The notes under the pieces were generated by a model. That model saw only the letters and a program-made list of their open reading frames with translations. It was not told where the DNA came from and did no database searches. DNA of 64,000 bases from Terriglobia bacterium (GTDB taxonomy: Bacteria; Acidobacteriota; Terriglobia; Acidiferrales; UBA7541), in assembly GCA_963695545.1 (NCBI GenBank), contig OY968796.1, positions 3,200,001-3,264,000 on the forward strand. Reading direction: 5' to 3'. Position numbers and translations under genes: made by a program. This document shows, in pieces, positions 58,271 through 64,000 of this stretch (its first letter is position 1; the number at the start of each line of letters is the position of its first letter).

Positions 58271-59281
58271 GTGATCATGCTGCCTGACGCATTCACAATT
58301 CGCGACCTGCGCATCGCTCCGGCAACGGTGCTGGCGCCAATGGCCGGCGTCACGGACACCGTATTTCGCCGCATGATTCGCGAACTCGGCGGCTGCGGTT
58401 TGATCATGACCGAATTCACGAGTGCCGAAGGCGCGACGCGGAATATTGCGCGCACCATGCGCTATCTTTTATTTGAGCCAGAAGAACATCCCATCGCCGC
58501 GCAACTTTTTGGCGCGGACGCCGATGCCATGGGGCGTGCCGCGGCGCTGGTGGAAGAGCTGGGCTTTGACACAGTCGACGTCAATCTCGGATGCCCGGCG
58601 AAGAAGGTCGTGAAATGCGGGGGTTCGGGACTCCTGCGCGATCTGGTGAAGCTTGAGGGAATTCTGCGGGCCGTGCGCGCGGCCGTTCGGATACCCATGA
58701 CTATCAAGATTCGCGCGGGTTGGGACGAGAAGAGTATCGTCGCGGTGGAAGTGGCGCGCATGGCCGAACAAATCGGCGTGGAAGCCATCGCCGTGCACCC
58801 GCGCACGCGCGAGCAAGGATTTTCGGGCAATGCGGATTGGAGCGTGATCGCAGCGGTGAAACAGGCCGTGCGCATGCCGGTGATCGGCAATGGCGATATT
58901 CGCGTGCCGGAAGACGCGGCGCGCATGGTGCGCGAAACGGGTTGCGACGCGGTGATGATTGGCCGCGCGGCGTCGACGAATCCCTGGATCTTCCGCCAGA
59001 TCTCCGAGTACGCGCGTATCGGTTCTTATGCGGAAGCCAGCGAAGCCGATCGCTTCGCGCTGCTCTCGGCGTACTTTCGCAATTTGGTGGAGACCGGCTG
59101 GCCCGACGCGATCGGGAAAATGAAGATGTTTGCGTGCTACTTCACGCACGCGGTGCGCAACGGCAGCGCGCTGCGCGCGGAAGTTCACGCGTCGCGGACG
59201 CCGGAAGAAGTTCTGGAACGTGTGGAGCGATTTGCGGCGCAGCCTGCATTTGCGCCGGAACTTGAAGGAGGTGGATCGTGA
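58271..59281 (+). CDS. dusB: tRNA-dihydrouridine synthase
   Basis: LAPMAGVTD, QLFG, NLGCP, KIRAGW, HPRT, IGNGD, MIGR. Confidence 0.93.
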   Translation: MIMLPDAFTIRDLRIAPATVLAPMAGVTDTVFRRMIRELGGCGLIMTEFTSAEGATRNIARTMRYLLFEPEEHPIAAQLFGADADAMGRAAALVEELGFDTVDVNLGCPAKKVVKCGGSGLLRDLVKLEGILRAVRAAVRIPMTIKIRAGWDEKSIVAVEVARMAEQIGVEAIAVHPRTREQGFSGNADWSVIAAVKQAVRMPVIGNGDIRVPEDAARMVRETGCDAVMIGRAASTNPWIFRQISEYARIGSYAEASEADRFALLSAYFRNLVETGWPDAIGKMKMFACYFTHAVRNGSALRAEVHASRTPEEVLERVERFAAQPAFAPELEGGGS

Positions 59282-59643
59282 GCGTAACTGCTGGTTCGGG
59301 ATCGACCATGAAGCGGCGCGCCGACCGGCGCATCGCCGTGCATTTGCCTGTCCGTGTGCGCGGCGCGGATCGCGCGGGCGTGCGATTCGATGAATTGACC
59401 ACCAGTGAAAATGTATGCCGCGATGGGCTGGCGTTTGCCACGCTGCATGAGCTGCTGCCGGGCACCAGTCTCGAAATCGAAATCGCGCAGGCGGCACGGG
59501 CCAGCGAACGCCCGATCCAGGACTTTTCCACGCGCGGAGACGTCGCGCACGTCAGGCCGGCGGCTGATACTCGCCAATACCTCGTGGGAGTGAAATTCAC
59601 GGGGCCGCGCTTCCATCGAGTTTTCCACCCGGAATCGGATTAA
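59278..59643 (+). CDS. Stand-alone PilZ domain protein
   Basis: KRRADRR (RxxxR), ENVCRDG (variant of D/NxSxxG), GVKF. Confidence 0.75.
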   Translation: MSVTAGSGSTMKRRADRRIAVHLPVRVRGADRAGVRFDELTTSENVCRDGLAFATLHELLPGTSLEIEIAQAARASERPIQDFSTRGDVAHVRPAADTRQYLVGVKFTGPRFHRVFHPESD

Positions 59644-60512
59644 CGCTCGAGCAACAATCGTTTGTACGCGTCGCGCTTGTTCAAGCCCCGCTCACGCGCG
59701 GCTTGCTTGAGCGCGGCTTTGCGGTCGAGCCCCTCTTCGCGCTCGAGTTGCGCAACGCGCGCGGAAAGACCGAGTAGGGCGGCTGGCGCCGCCGCCGACG
59801 GGGCAGTTTCTTCAGAGAAGGGACCGACAAGGACCGTCATTTCGCCGCGCGGCGGATCTTTTGTGACGCGCTCGGCCAGCTCCGCCAACGTGCCGCGCAG
59901 AAATTCCTCGTGCAACTTGGTGATCTCGCGCGCCACAACCGCTGGCCGCGCGCCCAGAATCTCCGCGGCGTCTTGCAACATATCCGCGATGCGGTGCGGC
60001 GCTTCGTAGAAAATCAGCGTGCGCCGTTCGTCGCGGAGAGTTTCGAGGCTCTTTCGGCGATTGCCTGCGCGCGCGGGCAAAAATCCCAGGAACGCGAACT
60101 CCTCGACGGGCAGGCCGGATGCGGATAGAGCGGCGAGCAGAGCCGAAGGGCCGGGAATCGGAATGACCGGGATGTGGTGGCGGAGGCAAAGCGTCACCAA
60201 ATGATGGCCGGGGTCGGAGACCACGGGCGTGCCGGCATCGCTTGCGAGCGCCACGCTCGATCCCTGCTCCATCTCGATCACAAGTTCGGCGCCGCGCGTG
60301 ATTTCGTTGTGCTCGTGGTAGCTCACCAGTCGTTTTTCGATCTCGAAATGGTGGAGCAGCTTTTGCGTTTGCCGCGTGTCTTCGCAGGCCACAAGGTCGA
60401 CCTCGCGCAGCACGCGGAGCGCGCGAAGCGTGATGTCTTCCAGATTGCCGATGGGCGTCGAGACCAGGTACAGGCGTCCGATGCCGTCGGTTGCAGCGCG
60501 CGATTCTGTCAC
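59640..60512 (-). CDS. rsmI: 16S rRNA (cytidine1402-2'-O)-methyltransferase
   Basis: LYLVSTPIGNLEDITLRA, CEDTR, SDAGTPVVSDPG, FYEAPHR, REITKLHEE. Start uncertain. Confidence 0.95.
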   Translation of the reverse strand: MTESRAATDGIGRLYLVSTPIGNLEDITLRALRVLREVDLVACEDTRQTQKLLHHFEIEKRLVSYHEHNEITRGAELVIEMEQGSSVALASDAGTPVVSDPGHHLVTLCLRHHIPVIPIPGPSALLAALSASGLPVEEFAFLGFLPARAGNRRKSLETLRDERRTLIFYEAPHRIADMLQDAAEILGARPAVVAREITKLHEEFLRGTLAELAERVTKDPPRGEMTVLVGPFSEETAPSAAAPAALLGLSARVAQLEREEGLDRKAALKQAARERGLNKRDAYKRLLLER

Positions 60513-60667
60513 GGAGCGCTCCCGGGCGCAGTCTAGCATGCCGCGCGGACGATCTCGCTTCGAATGGAAACGCGCAGGGCGCGGTGCGGGCGGCGTGCTA
60601 AAATGAATCGAATCCCGTTCAGCGCGCGATCTCCACACGTATGGCTCGGGAACCAGGGAGCGCTGCC

Positions 60668-61054
60668 TTGCCTTTATATGAGTACGCCTGCAAGAAGTGC
60701 GGGCGCCACCACGAACGCATCGAAACCTTCAAGGGTCCGCACATGAGGACTTGCCCGAGCTGCGGCGGCAAAGTCGAGCAGTTGATTTCGGCGCCGGCGC
60801 TGCAATTCAAGGGCGCGGGCTGGTATGTGACCGACTACGCGGGGAAATCGTCGACGGGAGAATCCGGCAAGGGCGAAGGCGGCAAGAACGAAGGCGGCGA
60901 TTCGGCCAAGGCCGCGGACGCAAAAGAATCAAGCGGCGGCAGCGACGCGAAGGAGAGCAAGGAGTCGAAGGACACCAAAGAGACGAAAGAATCGAAAGAA
61001 ACGAAGGAAAGCAAGAGGTCGAAATCGGAACCCAAGCAGAGCAAGGAAAAATAA
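60668..61054 (+). CDS. FmdB-family zinc ribbon protein with charged repeat tail
   Basis: TTG after AGGGAG; PLYEYACKKC…CPSCGG…FKGAGWYVTDY; tail of KE(S/T)-type tripeptides. Confidence 0.9.
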   Translation: MPLYEYACKKCGRHHERIETFKGPHMRTCPSCGGKVEQLISAPALQFKGAGWYVTDYAGKSSTGESGKGEGGKNEGGDSAKAADAKESSGGSDAKESKESKDTKETKESKETKESKRSKSEPKQSKEK

Positions 61055-61076
61055 CTAAGCGCGACGCGGCGCGCGA

Positions 61077-61982
61077 TTAGAGTTTGAGGCCGTGCAGATA
61101 CGCGCGGAAATCCTTGCCAAGCTCTTTATTTTCGAGCGCGATTTCCACAGTCGCTTTCAAGAAGCCGAGTTTGTCGCCCGCGTCGTAGGATTTTCCCTCG
61201 TAGGTATAGGCCCAGAGACCCTTGGTGCGCGCGAGCGTCAGCAGCGCGTCGGTCAATTGGATTTCGCCGCCCGCGCCGGGTTTTGTTTTCGCCAGGATTT
61301 CAAAGATATCGGGCGGTAGGACGTAGCGTCCCGTGACGCCGAGATTCGACGGCGCCTTGTCGAGTTTGGGCTTTTCGACCATGTTGGTGATGCGCTGCAG
61401 GCGGTCTCCCCAGTGCCGATTCTCGGCGCGCTCGACGGCGACGACGCCGTAAAGATTTAGGCGATCGTGCGGCACTTCTTCCACCGCTATGGCTCCGATC
61501 CCCGTCGATTGATAGACGTCGATCAGTTGTTTCGTCGCCGGGCGCCGGCCCGGTATGATCACGTCGCCTAGCAGCACAGCGAAGGGCTCGTCGCCGACGA
61601 GCTCGCTGGCGGCGAGAACGGCGTGGCCAAGCCCCAGCGGCTCTTTCTGCCGCGTGTAACTAAAATGGGCCATATCGCCGATTTTGCGCACCATGGCGGC
61701 GAGATCCGATTTGCCTTTTTCCTCGAGGAAGCGCGCTAGCCCGGGCGAAGAATCGAAGTGATCTTCGATGGCATTCTTTCCGCGCCCCGTGACGATGATG
61801 ATGTGCTCGATCCCCGAGGCCACGCATTCTTCGACGACGTATTGCACCAGAGGCTTGTCCACGATCGGCAGCATTTCTTTCGGCTGCGCTTTTGTGGCGG
61901 GAAGAAAACGAGTGCCCAGGCCGGCGGCGGGAAGTACGGCTTTGCGGACGCGCTTGGGGGTCGGAGACGGGCTCGGAGTCAC
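61077..61982 (-). CDS. galU: UTP--glucose-1-phosphate uridylyltransferase
   Basis: KAVLPAAGLGTRFLPATKAQPKEML, QKEPLGLGHA, VEKP, GEIQLTDA. Confidence 0.96.
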   Translation of the reverse strand: MTPSPSPTPKRVRKAVLPAAGLGTRFLPATKAQPKEMLPIVDKPLVQYVVEECVASGIEHIIIVTGRGKNAIEDHFDSSPGLARFLEEKGKSDLAAMVRKIGDMAHFSYTRQKEPLGLGHAVLAASELVGDEPFAVLLGDVIIPGRRPATKQLIDVYQSTGIGAIAVEEVPHDRLNLYGVVAVERAENRHWGDRLQRITNMVEKPKLDKAPSNLGVTGRYVLPPDIFEILAKTKPGAGGEIQLTDALLTLARTKGLWAYTYEGKSYDAGDKLGFLKATVEIALENKELGKDFRAYLHGLKL

Positions 61983-62126
61983 GATTCAACCTTACGAAGC
62001 CTTTGCACGAGTGTCAACCGCCCGTGGCGGCGCGCGTTCGCCGGTCGCAAGATGCGTCGCGGCGTGTGCTAGCATGAATTGTGCGTGCCGGCCGAAGATG
62101 CTGAATGACGGCAAAATGAATACACG

Positions 62127-63293
62127 ATGACAACGCGCATCCTTGGGATCGAATCATCCTGCGATGAGACGGCGGCGGCGGTGGTGGTCGACGGGCGCGA
62201 AATCCTTTCAAACGTTGTCGCGTCGCAAGTGGACGTGCATCGCAAGTACGGAGGCGTGGTCCCGGAGCTGGCTTCGCGCGAACATTTGCGGCACATCGTG
62301 CCGGTGGTGCGCGAAGCGCTGGAGCGCGCGGGCATGCGTCTTCCCGACGTCGACGCGATCGGCGTCACGCGCGGGCCGGGTCTTGTGGGCGCGCTTCTGG
62401 TGGGGCTGACGTACGGAAAAGTTCTGGCGCAGGCGCTAGGCAAGCCACTCGTCGCGGTCAATCACCTCGAGGGTCACGTTCACGCGGTCTTGCTGGAGGC
62501 CTATCGCGCGCATACGCAGCCCGAATTTCCGGCCGTTTGTTTGATCGTTTCCGGTGGCCACACGCTGCTATATCACGTGGATGCCGCCCCGTCCGTGACG
62601 GATTCCGCCGCGCTCCAACTGCGCTATCGCCGGCTCGGCGGCACGCGCGATGACGCCGCCGGCGAGGCCTATGACAAAGTGGCGCGGTTGCTCGCTCTCG
62701 GTTATCCGGGCGGCCCAATTTTGGACCAACTCGCCCGCGTCGAGCGGAATTCAGGCAACGGCCGTGACTCGAAGCGAGGCGCTTCGCATCGGCCAGGCGG
62801 CGCGCAATTTGGAACGCCGAAACTGCGCGGCAATCCACTCGATTTCAGCTTCAGCGGAATCAAGACCGCGGTGCTCTATTACGTGCGCGACCACGCCGAA
62901 TTCGCCCCCGAGATCGCGGTGCGCCGGGCCGCATTGCGGGAAGGGAAGCGCAGCGCGGCGGAACTCGCGCCGCTGTGCAGTCCCGCGACGCTCGATCTGG
63001 TGGCCGAATTCCAATCCGTGGTAGTCCGCGACCTGGCGGCCCGAACGCTATCGGCCGCGCGCGAGACCGCGGCGCGATCGGTGCTGGTTTCGGGCGGCGT
63101 GGCGGCCAATAGCGAGCTGCGGCGCGTTTTCGAGGAATCGTCTGCTGCAAGAGGACTGCCAGTTTTCTTCCCCAGCCGCGCTCTCTCCACCGACAACGCC
63201 GCGATGATCGCTGCCGCCGCGTATTCTCGATTGTTGACCGGTGAGCGCGCAGGCGAAGACCTGGACGCCGAAGCGGTTCTGCCGCTGGCCTGA
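62127..63293 (+). CDS. tsaD: tRNA N6-adenosine threonylcarbamoyltransferase
   Basis: GIESSCDET, GGVVPELASREH, NHLEGH, SGGHT, DDAAGEAYDK, FSFSGIKT, SGGVAAN, TDNAAMI. Confidence 0.97.
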   Translation: MTTRILGIESSCDETAAAVVVDGREILSNVVASQVDVHRKYGGVVPELASREHLRHIVPVVREALERAGMRLPDVDAIGVTRGPGLVGALLVGLTYGKVLAQALGKPLVAVNHLEGHVHAVLLEAYRAHTQPEFPAVCLIVSGGHTLLYHVDAAPSVTDSAALQLRYRRLGGTRDDAAGEAYDKVARLLALGYPGGPILDQLARVERNSGNGRDSKRGASHRPGGAQFGTPKLRGNPLDFSFSGIKTAVLYYVRDHAEFAPEIAVRRAALREGKRSAAELAPLCSPATLDLVAEFQSVVVRDLAARTLSAARETAARSVLVSGGVAANSELRRVFEESSAARGLPVFFPSRALSTDNAAMIAAAAYSRLLTGERAGEDLDAEAVLPLA

Positions 63294-63322
63294 AAGTCGT
63301 TTTCCGACCGCGAGGTCGCGCG

Positions 63323-63354
63323 AAAAAAAGCCCCGATCGCGAGACCGGGGCTTT
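63323..63354 (-). terminator. Intrinsic terminator between convergent tsaD and CarD-like genes
   Basis: AAAAAAAGCCCCG-ATCGCGAGAC-CGGGGCTTT: stem with a 7-U run on the minus strand. Confidence 0.8.
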
Positions 63355-63395
63355 GAAATTTCAGAATGTTGGTTGAGAAAAGTTGCTTGGCGAGC

Positions 63396-63932
63396 TTACG
63401 CTTCCGCCTTGTCCAGGTTATTCGGCATCTGCAGGCGGGCCTTGGCGAGCGACTTCACCAGTACGCCTTCCATGGATTCCGCGCTCAGATTGCGGGCTGT
63501 TGCGAGTTCGCTGACGAGGAGGAATTTGGCGCGCTCGAGCATCTTCTTTTCGCGGAACGATAGCGGCTTCGTCCGGCTGAGCGACACCAGGCTCTTGAGC
63601 ACCGCGGCGACTTCAATCAGCGCGCCGGTTCTCATGCGTTCGGAGTTTTCTTTGAAGCGGTGTTTCCAATCGTGGTGGGCGTTGCACTTGCCTTTTTCGA
63701 GGTAGCTCAAAACTCGGAGAGTTTCGCCGTTTCGAATCACCGGTCGAAGGCCCACGGTACACGCATTCGTTTGCGGAACCATAACCTTCAAGCCACTCGA
63801 ACAGATGCGCAACATGTAATACTTTTCGGTCCGGCCTTCCAGGAACCCGTAACTGATTTGTTCGATTACGCCAACGCCGTGGTTGGGATAGACAACTTTG
63901 TCCCCGATCCTGTACTCGACCTTGAAGTCCAT
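63396..63932 (-). CDS. CarD/CdnL family RNA polymerase-interacting regulator
   Basis: IGDKVVYPNHGVG…KVMVP…GLR…WKHRFKEN…LSFREKKML. Confidence 0.93.
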   Translation of the reverse strand: MDFKVEYRIGDKVVYPNHGVGVIEQISYGFLEGRTEKYYMLRICSSGLKVMVPQTNACTVGLRPVIRNGETLRVLSYLEKGKCNAHHDWKHRFKENSERMRTGALIEVAAVLKSLVSLSRTKPLSFREKKMLERAKFLLVSELATARNLSAESMEGVLVKSLAKARLQMPNNLDKAEA

Positions 63933-63965
63933 AGGCTTGGATGTTCCCCCCGTGTTACAGTTCGA

Positions 63966-63995
63966 AGACTACGGCATTCCCTGTAGGGAAGTCAA
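63966..63995 (-). promoter_or_regulatory. Putative promoter of the CarD-like gene with a palindrome in the spacer
   Basis: Minus strand TTGACT-N18-TAGTCT; TTCCCT-GT-AGGGAA at 63977-63990. Confidence 0.45.
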
Positions 63996-64000
63996 GCTAT

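Noticed and set aside
62730..63000. Insertions in TsaD as a possible intein or extra domain
   Set aside because: Short, with no intein terminal motifs; all catalytic motifs are intact, so most likely lineage-specific loops.

Overview
A high-GC (roughly two-thirds G+C by eye) bacterial chromosome segment of mostly housekeeping genes. Gene order and protein style suggest Acidobacteriota; this is an inference. Left to right: add (partial), an S1/P1-like gene, uvrD/pcrA; an LPS operon (waaA-lpxK-waaF-gmhB-X-waaC-ICMT-like methyltransferase); a long minus-strand run (aroC-def-fmt-rsmB-PASTA-rpe-bamD, RomR-like regulator, valS-birA-coaX-X-rlmD-comEC); mlaE/F/D-like genes; an LplT-like MFS gene; an accessory stretch at about 36.8-48 kb (GIY-YIG-like gene, TIR-STAND-WD40 gene, tRNA-Leu, YncE, XRE regulator, Hsp20-like gene); then hldC-like, mfd, SurA-like, YhaM-like, BlaI-like, dusB, PilZ, rsmI, FmdB, galU, tsaD and a CarD-like gene. 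I saw no CRISPR array, integrase, transposase or rRNA. Most notable: (1) two related non-coding box arrays (36.8 and 45.8 kb), each with a near-consensus sigma70 promoter firing into it; (2) a gene-orientation-independent C-to-G strand-skew switch near the first array; (3) three GTAG-type REP-like palindromes; (4) an NLR-like TIR-NTPase-TM-16xWD40 protein; (5) a RomR-like polarity regulator beside valS; (6) about seven single-base indels confined to valS; (7) several enzyme-family members lacking canonical catalytic residues. All calls come from motif recognition by eye; no database search was run, and start codons are best guesses.
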